64,000 nucleotides of DNA from Candidatus Sysuiplasma jiujiangense (GCA_019721075.1 JAHEAD010000006.1:1-64000), one strand, 5' to 3'. Positions 29,088 to 39,831 are shown, counted from the stretch's first letter. Notes: generated by a model not told the origin, from the letters alone. Numbers and translations: made by a program.

Positions 29088-30317
29088 ATGCAACTGAACC
29101 GGAAAGAGCATGTCACCTTCGCTGATGTCGAAAACGCGGAGGCTGTTGTCAGGAAGGTCGTAAACAGGACGCCTTTTGAGATATCCTCCTCGTATTCGAA
29201 GAGATTCAGCGGCACGGTTTATCTCAAAATGGAAAATCTGCAGAGAACCGGCTCGTTCAAGATGCGAGGCTCCTACAACAAAATCAGCCATCTGGATCCT
29301 GAACAGCGGGCGAGGGGCGTTATCGCCGCCTCGGCGGGGAATCACGCACAGGGCGTGGCCCTTTCCGCCGCGCTAAGCGGGATCAGAAGTGTCGTCGTGA
29401 TGCCACAGTATGCGTCTCTCGCAAAGGTTGCCGCAACCAAAAGCTACGGGGCAGAAGTTATACTTCACGGATCCTCATTCGACGATGCATTCAGAAAATG
29501 CGCCGAACTGCAGAAAGAAAAAGGCCTGACACTCATACACGGTTACAATGATCCGCTGGTTATTGCCGGGCAGGGCACCCTGGGGATTGAGATAGCGAGG
29601 GAGAAGGCAGATCTCGACTATCTGGTGGTTCCGGTCGGAGGCGGCGGACTGATATCCGGCATCGCGGTCGCGATGAAGGAATTGAGTCCGAGGACAAGGA
29701 TAATAGGCGTGCAGAGCGCGGCCATGCCGTCGTTTGCCGAATCCTACAGGCTGAACAAGATCGTGGAAACAGACGGGGGAGATACAATTGCCGACGGCAT
29801 TGCAATCAAACACCCGGGAGAGATACCATTTTCCATAGTGTCGAGACTCGTTGACGGCATATTCACCGTCACGGAGGATGAAATAACGGAGGCGATGTTT
29901 CTTCTGCTGGAGCGCTCAAAGCTGCTTGTGGAGGGCGCGGGAGCATCGCCGCTTGCACTTCTCCTTTCCGGAAAACTGAACGTAAAGGACAGGAAGGTCG
30001 GTCTGGTTTTGAGCGGCGGGAACGTAGATTTGACGCTTGTGCGCAAGATAATAATGAGGGGTATGATGATGCACAGGCGTATTGCAGTCGTGGAGTTCGA
30101 TACGCCCGACAGGCCAGGCTCAATGAAGGACATACTGAACATGATAGCCGGGGGCGGTGCGAGCGTTATGAGCCTCCAGGAAAGCCCGGGAAGCTCATCG
30201 GAGGCACTGAACAGGTTTTATGCGAGGGTCGTCATCGAGGTGGAAGACGAGCAGCATCTCGACAAGCTTGTGGAATCATTCAGGAAAGGCGGCCTGAGCT
30301 TCAGGCTGATATCCTGA
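29088..30317 (+). CDS. ilvA: Threonine ammonia-lyase with C-terminal ACT domain
   Basis: ENLQRTGSFKMRG, SAGNHAQG, VGGGGLISG, SGGN. Confidence 0.93.
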   Translation: MQLNRKEHVTFADVENAEAVVRKVVNRTPFEISSSYSKRFSGTVYLKMENLQRTGSFKMRGSYNKISHLDPEQRARGVIAASAGNHAQGVALSAALSGIRSVVVMPQYASLAKVAATKSYGAEVILHGSSFDDAFRKCAELQKEKGLTLIHGYNDPLVIAGQGTLGIEIAREKADLDYLVVPVGGGGLISGIAVAMKELSPRTRIIGVQSAAMPSFAESYRLNKIVETDGGDTIADGIAIKHPGEIPFSIVSRLVDGIFTVTEDEITEAMFLLLERSKLLVEGAGASPLALLLSGKLNVKDRKVGLVLSGGNVDLTLVRKIIMRGMMMHRRIAVVEFDTPDRPGSMKDILNMIAGGGASVMSLQESPGSSSEALNRFYARVVIEVEDEQHLDKLVESFRKGGLSFRLIS

Positions 30318-30526
30318 ATATCACAGCTGTGCGCCCTTCGGCCACGCCGCGAGCCTGGCGTCATTCTCTGAAAAACCGTGCTTTTCCACAAGATGAACGT
30401 AGAGCTTCAGCGGTGTATCAAAATTCTTTTTGCATAAGTCGCATTTCCCCATCTTTTTCACCTCAGACAATATAATTTCAGTCTAATAAATAATCAATAC
30501 TTAATAAATGTTGCTACATGTCTGGT

Positions 30527-30827
30527 TGCCAGGTGAAGGTAGTAAGCCCCTTTCTGTTTCAGGCAGCATTCGACTGATGCGTCCTACCTGCCGGAATTGA
30601 GAATTGCCGGCCTTTTTGGACTTGCTCCGATGGGGTGTCGCCGTTTCATCACTTCCATGGGAATGTCATCGCCGCGCGAATCATGCTGCTCCATGGCTGT
30701 GTCGTTTCTGCGCCCTTGCCGGGGCTCTCGCCCCTCTGCGTTTAAACAGACCACCTTTCTCTGGAGAGGGGACTTTCCTCAGCTGCCGCGTCTGCGGCTA
30801 CCGTCGGCTGCCCTCCTTCTCCTGGCA
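30527..30827 (-). ncRNA. rnpB: RNase P RNA
   Basis: The minus strand has GAGGAAAGTCC (CR-I) near the 5' end and AACAGAAAGGGGCTTA (CR-V) near the 3' end. The termini GCCAGGAGAAGG / CCTTCACCTGGC can pair as P1. About 300 nt, with an AT-rich element upstream. Confidence 0.92.
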
Positions 30828-30949
30828 CCTGCACTTACACAGTCCCTGCTAATAATCATTGTGCAACCGACCCGCAAAGGCGTCCGTATCCGTTCAATGG
30901 CGGTTCAGGCATAGATGACTGTGTCATCCCAGAGATACGAGCGCAGTCT

Positions 30950-32131
30950 TCAGACCATGTCCATTTTGGTTCCGACTTGAATAAATGCATCGACGGCGAA
31001 TTTGATATCCTCCAGGCTGTGCACCGCAGAGGGCATCAACCTTATCCTCGCGGTACCCTGTGCCACCGTCGGATATACGATGGGGGAGGCAAACACCGAC
31101 TCCTCCTCATACAGCCTTTTGCTGAATTCCACGGTCTTTTTTTCGTCACGCAGGATAACGGGTGTTATTGGTGTCCGGCTCCTTCCTGTGTCGAATCCGC
31201 CGGCCTTCAGTCCTGATTTGAGTTTTTCGGCGTTCTCACGAAGCCTCCGGAGAGGCGTGTCGTCCGATTTCATAAGCCTGATTGAGCAGAGGACGGCAGC
31301 TGCATCGCCGGGATTCAGCGCGCTGCTGAACAGAAACGGCCTTGCCCTCTGCCTCAGCAGTTCAATCAGTTCAGAGGAGCCTGCAACAAATCCCCCGACA
31401 GCACCGAGCGCCTTTGAAAAGGTGCCCATTTCAACGTCGATCCTGCCCTGGAGTCCGAAGTGGTCTACAATGCCCCTGCCGTGATCTCCCAGAACACCCT
31501 CGCCGTGTGCATCGTCGACATATGTCATGGAATCGGAATTCTCTGCAATTTCCGCTATTTCGTCGAGCGGCGCAATCTCGCCGTCCATGCTGAACACGCC
31601 GTCGGTGATGACGAGAGAGCGCCTTCCGTCCGACCTGTGCTCCTTCAGCTGCTGCCTCAGGTCAGCCATGTCGCTGTGTCTGAACACAACGCGCCCTGCC
31701 GAACTCAGCCTCACACCGTCTATGATGCTCGCATGGTTCAGTTCCTCGCTGAATACAACATCCTCCTTTCCAACGAGGACCGGAATGGTGCCCGAGTTTG
31801 CCAGCAGTCCTCCCTGGTAGGCAAGCGCAGCCTCCATGTGTTTGAATGATGCAATCTCCTCCTCCAGTTCTGCATGCAGTTCAGAGGTACCGGCTATGCT
31901 CCTTACCGCACCTGCCCCAACGCCGTATTTTTCAATGGCTTCGATGGCAGCGCGTTTCACGTCGGGATGGTTCGCATAGCCGAGATAGTTGTTGGAACAG
32001 AGGTTGAGGAACCTTTTCCCCTCTATAAGCACCCAGGCTCCCTGGGGAGACTGAAGCGTGCGTATGGGTATATACCGTCCGGCCTCCTTTAAGGCTGTAA
32101 GCTCTTTTCCGATCCATTCCTGTTTTCTCAT
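30950..32131 (-). CDS. kbl: Glycine C-acetyltransferase (2-amino-3-ketobutyrate CoA ligase)
   Basis: CSNNYLG, NHASIIDG, DGVFSMDG, DDAHG, GTFSKA; divergent from threonine dehydrogenase. Confidence 0.88.
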   Translation of the reverse strand: MRKQEWIGKELTALKEAGRYIPIRTLQSPQGAWVLIEGKRFLNLCSNNYLGYANHPDVKRAAIEAIEKYGVGAGAVRSIAGTSELHAELEEEIASFKHMEAALAYQGGLLANSGTIPVLVGKEDVVFSEELNHASIIDGVRLSSAGRVVFRHSDMADLRQQLKEHRSDGRRSLVITDGVFSMDGEIAPLDEIAEIAENSDSMTYVDDAHGEGVLGDHGRGIVDHFGLQGRIDVEMGTFSKALGAVGGFVAGSSELIELLRQRARPFLFSSALNPGDAAAVLCSIRLMKSDDTPLRRLRENAEKLKSGLKAGGFDTGRSRTPITPVILRDEKKTVEFSKRLYEEESVFASPIVYPTVAQGTARIRLMPSAVHSLEDIKFAVDAFIQVGTKMDMV

Positions 32132-32217
32132 TGCTCCTTCAAACAAACTGAAGCAGGCTTAAATAACTTTTCAGTTCTTCACCTCCACGTACGATTTTTA
32201 TTTTAGAAGTGACATTC

Positions 32218-33174
32218 ATGAAAAAGATACTTGTAACTGGTGCGGGCGGGCAGATCGGCACAGAGCTGATTGAAAGCCTGTGTTCCAGACATGGCAGCGG
32301 GAACGTACTGGCGACAGACAGCAGACCTGTTCAGGACTTCCCATGCCGCTTCACGAAAATGGATGTGACGGACAGTAGTGCCGTTGAACGGAAATTTTCA
32401 GAGGAAAGGTTCGATGCGGTCTATCACCTCGCTGCAATCCTTTCGGCAAAAGGAGAGGTGAATCCGGATCTGGCATTTAATGTCAACATCAATGGAACGA
32501 AGAATGTCCTCGACGCCTCGCTCAGGAACGGAGTGGAAAGGGTCATCATTCCCAGCACAATAGGCGTGTTCGGTCCAACCACCCCGAAGGACAATGTTGC
32601 AATCGAGACCGTGACAAGACCGACCACGATATACGGCATCACTAAACTCTTCTGTGAACAGCTCGGAGATTATTATTCGAGGAAATACGGAATGGATGTA
32701 CGCGGACTGAGACTCCCGGGCATCATAAGCTACAGGTCACCACCCGGCGGTGGAACGACGGATTATGCAGTCGAAATGATAGTTTCCGCCGTCAGACGGG
32801 AGCGGTATGTCTGCTTCCTCAGGAAGGATACACGCCTTCCGATGATGTATATTCCGGATGCGATTTCATCGATGATCAAGCTGGCTGAATCCCCTGCTTC
32901 ATCGCTTATTCACAGGACAGATTTCAATGTGTCTGCATTCGAGTTCACACCGGAAGAGCTGGAAACAGAGCTGAAGTCTTATTTCCCGGATATCGAGGTA
33001 GCTTACAGGCCCGACGAAAGGCAGAAAATTGCCGACAGCTGGCCACACTCTGTAGATTCACAGGCAGCGGCAAGCGAATGGGGATTTGAGGCAAAATTCA
33101 ACTTCAGACAGATGGTTGACGACATGGTGAAAAACCTGGTCGTCGGGTTAAGGCAGAGGAACGCACCGTTCTGA
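32218..33174 (+). CDS. SDR-type L-threonine 3-dehydrogenase
   Basis: GAGGQIG, HLAAILSA, YGITK, PGGGTTDYA, RQKIADSWP. Confidence 0.9.
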   Translation: MKKILVTGAGGQIGTELIESLCSRHGSGNVLATDSRPVQDFPCRFTKMDVTDSSAVERKFSEERFDAVYHLAAILSAKGEVNPDLAFNVNINGTKNVLDASLRNGVERVIIPSTIGVFGPTTPKDNVAIETVTRPTTIYGITKLFCEQLGDYYSRKYGMDVRGLRLPGIISYRSPPGGGTTDYAVEMIVSAVRRERYVCFLRKDTRLPMMYIPDAISSMIKLAESPASSLIHRTDFNVSAFEFTPEELETELKSYFPDIEVAYRPDERQKIADSWPHSVDSQAAASEWGFEAKFNFRQMVDDMVKNLVVGLRQRNAPF

Positions 33175-33237
33175 TTTTACAGCACTAACTTAAATAAATG
33201 TTCAGTATGAACCACATTTGTCTGTTTGCTGGACGGC

Positions 33238-33322
33238 GCGGAGGTAGCCAAGCACGGTCAACGGCGCGAGAATGAGGGTCTCGTCTCGCAGGAGTCCGCC
33301 GGTTCGAATCCGGCCCTCCGCA
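33238..33322 (+). tRNA. tRNA-Leu(GAG)
   Basis: Acceptor GCGGAGG/CCTCCGC+A; anticodon arm CGAGA-ATGAGGG-TCTCG; long variable arm; GGTTCGAATCC. No encoded CCA. Confidence 0.95.
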
Positions 33323-33762
33323 CTCACATTTGTGTGTTATTACGACCCTTAATATTCAGTTTAAATATGAGTTATAGTATGATAATATAGCAGATTTCCG
33401 GTAATCCGGTTTACCGCATTCCTGTTCTTTTCATGTATGCTTTGTGATGGTCCTACAGATTCAGTGTCCTATGGTTCCAGGGTCTTATCTCGACCTGAGT
33501 GTCATATCGGGACTGATAATTGTGGTTATTGCAATAATACTTATTAACGTAATTCACCAATGAAGAAAAAACAAGAGCAGATGACCAGATATCCCGATTT
33601 GATTATTGTAAAAAGTCTCATTATTTCTTGTAATGGGAAACGCCAATCCGAAATGCGGAATGTATTCTCTCATCTCATTTATCAGTTAAAACCAGTTGTG
33701 AAGATGGAAATCTCTCTTTCAGGCCCTGAAAATACATTTATATGGAAGCGAGATAGTTCTGG

Positions 33763-34172
33763 GTGAGACCGGAAGAGGACTCTCGCTGTGAAGTCTGCGG
33801 TTCCCCGGTTAACGCAGACTTCAATTACTGCCCCTATTGTGGAGAAACAATTAATTTCAACTCATCATTTGCCCGTAAAATACCCATCCCCGGTGCGTTG
33901 TTCTTCTTGCGGCTTTTGAGATCCTGGTGGGAATAATTGCCATTACAGTCACGATCAGGTACCCGAGCTATCTGGTCATCGGTTTTTCACTGTTAAATAT
34001 CATAACAGGAATCTTACTGTTTGAGGTCTACTGGCCGGGAGTATTCCTGGCCATGCTTGGTATCTTCATTCTAGCAGTGCTCTTTCTCTCTATCATCATG
34101 GATATGATGACAGAAATAATTCTGGTTCTTTATGTGACGAGATCTGAAGTTTTGGACTATTTCAATCAGTGA
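33763..34172 (+). pseudogene. Frameshifted zinc-ribbon membrane protein
   Basis: GTG 33763 opens ...CEVCG...YCPYCG... and stops at 33936. The hydrophobic domain VVLLAAFEILVGIIA... is in a different frame and runs to 34172. Confidence 0.6.
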
Positions 34173-34372
34173 TAATATAATTCCAGAAGTGAAAAACTAT
34201 TCATGGAAGGCCTGTTTGAAGCATACCATAAATGAATAAAATGATAACGGGAAAAAAATTCGGCGAATACCCTTCAAATAATGCATGTTCTCAAACACGC
34301 CGAGGTCTTTCATTGAGATTATAGTATGGAAGTATCTAATACCAAGAGTGTTTACCATGCTGGACAGGACGC

Positions 34373-36769
34373 ATGAGTGCAAAGGGTATAGATTATAGTA
34401 AATTGAGCATTGAGGACGCACTGAAGGACCTCGGATCCAACTTTGGCGGACTGTCAACCGTAGAGGTAAACAAAAGGTTAGAGACATATCATTATAATGA
34501 AATAAAGGAAAAGAAGGAAAATCCCATAAAGAAATTCCTCCTCTATTTCTATGGTCCGATGCCCATTGCAATAGAGGCTGCCGCTATAGTTTCAGCAATC
34601 ATAAATCACTGGGACGACTTTGCGCTGATCGTTCTCCTTCTCCTGACAAACGTCCTCGTCACGTTCTGGCAGGAACGGAGTGCGGGAAATGCAATCAAAC
34701 AATTGATGGGGAAACTGGCGCTCAGAACGAGGGTTCTAAGAGACGGCAAATGGCAGACGACGGATGCCATAAATCTTGTTCCTGGAGATATAATCAGGCT
34801 TAGGATGGGTGATGTCATTCCTGCCGATGGAAAACTGGTGGACGGTGCGTTCCTCTCGGTAGATCAGTCCGCGCTTACCGGAGAATCCCTCCCAAAGGAA
34901 GCCCATCTTGGAGATAGTGTATTCTCCGCATCAGTAGTAAAACAGGGCGAAATGAGTGCGGTTGTCACGGGAACCGGGGAAAATACGTTCTTTGGACGTA
35001 CAACTCATCTGGTGGCTACAGCGTCAAACGTTACAGGGCTGTCAAAGATAATCTCAAAGATTGTTTATTTTCTTGTGGGAATTGCCCTTATTCTTGGGGG
35101 ATTCGTATTTTACTATGGTATATATTTGGGGTTTCCAGTACTAAGCGATCTGCTTTTCTTCCTTATACTTCTGGTTGCATCCATTCCCATCGCACTGCCG
35201 GTTGTTCTCACCGTCACAATGGCCCTTGGGGCGCTCTCCCTTGCCGAAAAGAAAGCCATAGTGACCAGGCTGGTATCCATCGAGGAACTGGCAAGCATGG
35301 ATGTTCTATGCTCCGACAAGACAGGCACTCTCACAAAGAACAGCCTAACAGTGGGGAGTGTGACAACCTTTGGGAAGTTCAGCCTGGATGATGTTATGCT
35401 GTATGCAGCGCTGGCATCCTTGCGTGAGGATGCCGATGCCATAGATCAGGCCGTGTTTGCAGCTCTGAAAGGAAAATCTGACGAGGGATATGTAAGGAAG
35501 GAATTCGTTCCTTTTGATCCAGCTATAAAGAGAACTGAAGCAACCGTTTCAGGAAACGGCGAAAACTTCATGGTGATGAAGGGTGAACCGAATACTATCC
35601 TCTCCTTGTGCAAGACAGATCAGAACGATTTGATCACGGCAAAAGTCAGGGAATATGCTGAGAAGGGATATCGTGTCATTGCTGTTGCCAAAAATTCCGG
35701 TGATGCATGGCAGTTTGCAGGTCTCATACCGCTATTCGATCCCTTGAGGGAGGACTCAAAGGAAACAATCCTCAGGGCAGAGCAGATGGGCGTGGAAGTC
35801 AAAATGATAACCGGAGACAATGAAGCCATAGCTTCTGAAATAGGCAGGGAGCTTGGGCTTAAATCGAAGGTTCTGACCTGCAAGGACATCAAGGACGCCG
35901 TGGAGAGCGGAAAATGGGAGGAAATAGAAGAAGCAGGAACCTTTGCGGGAGTATATCCCGAAGACAAATACCTCGTAGTGAAGGGCATGGAAATGAAGGG
36001 GCATACAATCGGGATGACTGGAGACGGCGTCAATGATGCCCCGGCGCTCAAGGAAGCACAGGTTGGAATAGCTGTCCAGGGAGCTACAGATGCAGCCCGA
36101 GCGGCCGCAGATATAGTATTGACAGATTCCGGGTTGTCGACAATAATAACTGCGGTTGAAGAGGGCAGAAGGATATTCCAGAGAATGCAGAGTTATGTGC
36201 TTTACAGGGTCACTGAGACCTTGAGGATTCTTGTTTTTGTCACAGTCGCCATAGTGATCTGGCACTTCTACCCTATTTCTGCACTCCTGCTGATAGTTTT
36301 GGCTCTCCTAAATGATCTTCCGATAATAGCTGTATCAACCGATAACGTGCTTTTTCACAACACGCCAGAGCGCTGGCGAATGAAGTATATAGGAGGCCTG
36401 CCTGCGCTTCTGGGCGGTGTGGGGGCACTTGAAACCCTTCTTCTGATATATATTGGTCTTTCTATTTTGCACATGGGAATTCCAGAGATTCTTTCACTGG
36501 TATTTCTGAAACTGGTTGTTTCGGGTCACCTCACAATGTTTGTCACAAGATCCGAGAAAGCTTTCTGGAAAGTCAAGCCAAGTATCACGCTCTTCATTGC
36601 ACTCATCTCTACAATGGTGGTCGGTTACTTTATAACTGCATACGGACTCTTAGTTGTGCCCATTGGAAATCTGATAGCTCTTCTGGTTATAGCATATGCT
36701 TTCGTATGGTTCCTTGTGGAAGACGGGCTTAGACTGCTATATGACAGAGTCAACAGTTTCGGCATATGA
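34373..36769 (+). CDS. Plasma-membrane proton-efflux P-type ATPase (P3A)
   Basis: TGES, IPIALP, CSDKTGTLT, DAID, MTGDGVNDAPAL, ALLND. Confidence 0.92.
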   Translation: MSAKGIDYSKLSIEDALKDLGSNFGGLSTVEVNKRLETYHYNEIKEKKENPIKKFLLYFYGPMPIAIEAAAIVSAIINHWDDFALIVLLLLTNVLVTFWQERSAGNAIKQLMGKLALRTRVLRDGKWQTTDAINLVPGDIIRLRMGDVIPADGKLVDGAFLSVDQSALTGESLPKEAHLGDSVFSASVVKQGEMSAVVTGTGENTFFGRTTHLVATASNVTGLSKIISKIVYFLVGIALILGGFVFYYGIYLGFPVLSDLLFFLILLVASIPIALPVVLTVTMALGALSLAEKKAIVTRLVSIEELASMDVLCSDKTGTLTKNSLTVGSVTTFGKFSLDDVMLYAALASLREDADAIDQAVFAALKGKSDEGYVRKEFVPFDPAIKRTEATVSGNGENFMVMKGEPNTILSLCKTDQNDLITAKVREYAEKGYRVIAVAKNSGDAWQFAGLIPLFDPLREDSKETILRAEQMGVEVKMITGDNEAIASEIGRELGLKSKVLTCKDIKDAVESGKWEEIEEAGTFAGVYPEDKYLVVKGMEMKGHTIGMTGDGVNDAPALKEAQVGIAVQGATDAARAAADIVLTDSGLSTIITAVEEGRRIFQRMQSYVLYRVTETLRILVFVTVAIVIWHFYPISALLLIVLALLNDLPIIAVSTDNVLFHNTPERWRMKYIGGLPALLGGVGALETLLLIYIGLSILHMGIPEILSLVFLKLVVSGHLTMFVTRSEKAFWKVKPSITLFIALISTMVVGYFITAYGLLVVPIGNLIALLVIAYAFVWFLVEDGLRLLYDRVNSFGI

Positions 36770-37063
36770 TTAGTATTCTCACCTCATATCTTTCGCAGGG
36801 ATTTCTTTGAAAAGGATTGCTGATCACATCTCTTTGCCAGGGACGAAATGTGTCTGCAATTTGAAAATCAATCAGGTAAAAATTTACTTTGTCACTTTAA
36901 GTTGTAAGAGCTTAGCTTTGATGCTCAAAATAATACATCGCACTTGCATTTGTAATTAGACGTTACTGATTTGCAGAAAAGAACTCAGGCTCAATATATA
37001 AACCGATAGTCAATTATAACACGTTTACCTTGACTTTTGTTACATTTATACAGATTGAATGTT

Positions 37064-38314
37064 TTAACTTAGATATTTTGCCCACTTTTCCGGCTTCATT
37101 TTACCATACATGACTTTCTCTGCGTCTAAAAATTCTGCGAATTCTTCCACCCTTTCCCCGAGTCTGCTTCCAATGGCCGCATCCTTCCCGTATTCGGATT
37201 CTGCAAACATACCGTTGATATGGAGGATCTTCTTGTTTTTGTCAAATCTTGCATCTATCCTCCCGACAAGGTTGCTGTCCCAAAGAATGGGAAGCACGTA
37301 GGTTCCAAATTTCCTCTTCTCCTTTGGAACAAACTGTTCGAGAATGTAATCAAAATGGAAGATTTTTTGAACCCTGTCTCTCAGTGTAATCATATTGTCG
37401 AATGGGGAAATCAGGTTCAGCCTGGGTTCCCACTTGTCAGACATGATGGAATCAAGCATTCTCCTGTCTTCGGACAACAGGTAAAATGGCTTTGCTTTGG
37501 GCAGCTCTTCGATTGCGACTTTCACCACCTTTCCATCTTCGACCAGTCTCTTGAGGCTTCCCCTTACATCTGCGTATCTTCCTCTGACAAAATAGCGGTA
37601 AATGTCGTACTCGGTGGCGGCTCCAAGTGCTCTCATTGCCCTAACTGCCATGTATCTTTCCAGTTCCTCTGCAGGAAAAATTGTCCTTTCAACAAATTGA
37701 GGAAGAAAATCTTCGGTCAGGCTCCAGATATTCTGGTTTGCAGAATGACCCGCAACCATGACTTCTCCGGACATCTGAAGATGGAAAAGCAACTGTGCCG
37801 CTTCATTTCCTGAGCTCCAGCCATCGGGACTTTTCATCCTTCTGCCATAATCCCTGAATTCTCCTGTTTCCGCAGGGCCTTCTTTCAGCCTCTTTATTAA
37901 TCTCTGTTTCAGCTCATTATGGGATCGCAAAAATTTTCCTGCAAATTCGGCGTGAGAAGCCCATCCCTTTCTCATAGAATCCGGATAACGTTTCATCAAG
38001 CTGTTGAATATGGGGTAGTCCTCTGCAATCACAATCCATGCGATTGGCACCCAGAGGAACAAAACTTCCCTGTTCTCCCACATAATCTTGTCCAAATCAG
38101 ACCAGTCAAATTTGCCAATTCTGCTCCAGATGGAGATTAGATGCGATGGCGCAACAACAGTAACCGGATCCCACTGAATGTAACCTATGTTCCTGACGAC
38201 TGTTTTCAGTTTATTGCTGAATGAACCCTCAGGTGTTCTGCCTGCGAGAAACTGTTTGCTGACGGTCAACCGTTTAACAGCCTCCAAAGAGGTTGTGATA
38301 ATCTCGATTTCCAT
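37064..38314 (-). CDS. YcaQ/AlkZ-family (HTH_42) DNA glycosylase-like protein
   Basis: IQWDPVTVVAPSH (QxD motif), ISPFDN, RKFGTYVLPIL, VGRID. Confidence 0.85.
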   Translation of the reverse strand: MEIEIITTSLEAVKRLTVSKQFLAGRTPEGSFSNKLKTVVRNIGYIQWDPVTVVAPSHLISIWSRIGKFDWSDLDKIMWENREVLFLWVPIAWIVIAEDYPIFNSLMKRYPDSMRKGWASHAEFAGKFLRSHNELKQRLIKRLKEGPAETGEFRDYGRRMKSPDGWSSGNEAAQLLFHLQMSGEVMVAGHSANQNIWSLTEDFLPQFVERTIFPAEELERYMAVRAMRALGAATEYDIYRYFVRGRYADVRGSLKRLVEDGKVVKVAIEELPKAKPFYLLSEDRRMLDSIMSDKWEPRLNLISPFDNMITLRDRVQKIFHFDYILEQFVPKEKRKFGTYVLPILWDSNLVGRIDARFDKNKKILHINGMFAESEYGKDAAIGSRLGERVEEFAEFLDAEKVMYGKMKPEKWAKYLS

Positions 38315-38984
38315 TTTGGTTCTTCCCGAATTGAAGGTGCATCCCTAAAATAGAAACTTCCTTTCTGAAAATGTATAGGAAGACAGTCTAATAGCATTTG
38401 TGTAGCTTTAACCGTGTTTTGATTGCAATGCGCAGTGCTGCTCGCAACTGTCTGTTTCTGGCTAAGAAGATGCACGATCCACCGGAAACGCTTATCAGTG
38501 CCAAGTCCGCCGCAAGGGATGATTATACCACAGAATGCACAGTCCATTCACAGGCACTTGTATGCCTTCAGTTCAACTGCCCCAGACATGTCATCATTGC
38601 TCATGGCAAGACTGGAGAAAGACACGCCGGAAGAATCTAACGGAAACGGTCGACCTTTTCCTAAAAGCATTCCGCAGCCAGAGGCAGGATCGGCCGAGCT
38701 GTCTGATAATTCCGTTCGGCGTTCAGAGATTTTCAGCTTCGTTTCGGAACACATCTCTTGACAGGTTTCCAGTTTCCACTATGTTTCTGATAGAAAACTG
38801 ATTGAAGCCATTGTCTGATTGTTCCCTAAAAACGTTGTAATCCATACTTCACGGGGAAAGGGGGAGCAAAGAGTGAAAGATCCGCTGAGGTGACGAATTG
38901 CATTAAGATGAAGTGGGCGTAACTGAGAGAGAATCCTGCGGCAACGCAAATACTAAATATTCGTTTCAAACAAATCGAAGGTGC

Positions 38985-39806
38985 ATGAAAGGGGTAGAGG
39001 AATGCAGCAGAATAGAATTTACGGAGAAAGAGGACAGCCACATACCTGCTTTCAATTGCTTTGCATACGGTGCTGATTATGCTGACATGTTCAGGGAATT
39101 CACGAATATAGGCTGTTTACTTCCGGAATCAGGCACCGACTATGAAATGGCCAGTGCAATCACCTATTGGGTTCACAGCCAGTGGAGACACAGTGGACGG
39201 AATGAGACCGCAGTCGCGGATCCCATTGAGATAATCAGGGAGGCAAGACTGGGCAAAAGATTCAGATGCGTGGAATACAGCATTGTCCTGCACGCCGCAC
39301 TCAACTCCTGTGATATCAAATCGCGCGTTCTCTACCTGAGGACGCATGGCGTTGAAACAAGACCCTTCGGGGCTGGCCATGTCGTAGTTGAATGCTTTCT
39401 AAGAAGTTTCGGGAAGTGGGCCATCTTCGACCCGCAATTCAACATACATGCCGAAGTGGATGGAGTACCTCTGAATGCAGTTGAATTGCAGTCTGCCCTC
39501 CATTCATGCTATGAAAACGTTAACATGTTTGAGAACAAATCCCGAATTAACGCAAGGAAAAAGCGGAAGTATGCGTCCTGGCTCTGCCCTTACTTGTATT
39601 ATTTCCACACCGACACAGAGGCAATCTACCCGCCGAAATACCCAAGGATTCAGATACTGCTCATGCCTGTGGGTGCAGCGATTCCTGCGAAATTTCAGGG
39701 GATTCCCTTGAAGGAGACGCTCGTCACGACCAGTTCATACAGATCCTTCTACCCTTTCCAGTCTGAATTTATATGGAATACACAGCCTGCCCCCTACAGA
39801 TTATAA
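38985..39806 (+). CDS. Transglutaminase-like domain protein
   Basis: Cys-His-Asp triad pattern FRCVEYS / GHVVVE / IFDPQFN. Start uncertain. Confidence 0.78.
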   Translation: MKGVEECSRIEFTEKEDSHIPAFNCFAYGADYADMFREFTNIGCLLPESGTDYEMASAITYWVHSQWRHSGRNETAVADPIEIIREARLGKRFRCVEYSIVLHAALNSCDIKSRVLYLRTHGVETRPFGAGHVVVECFLRSFGKWAIFDPQFNIHAEVDGVPLNAVELQSALHSCYENVNMFENKSRINARKKRKYASWLCPYLYYFHTDTEAIYPPKYPRIQILLMPVGAAIPAKFQGIPLKETLVTTSSYRSFYPFQSEFIWNTQPAPYRL

Positions 39807-39831
39807 ACCCTGAAACTCACAGGGCATTTCA

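Noticed and set aside
30597..30914. ORFs 30597..30914 and 30604..30852
   Set aside because: They are antisense to the RNase P RNA and have no protein-like features.
38398..38801. Several short overlapping ORFs upstream of the YcaQ-like gene
   Set aside because: No recognisable motifs or consistent frame; treated as intergenic sequence or debris.
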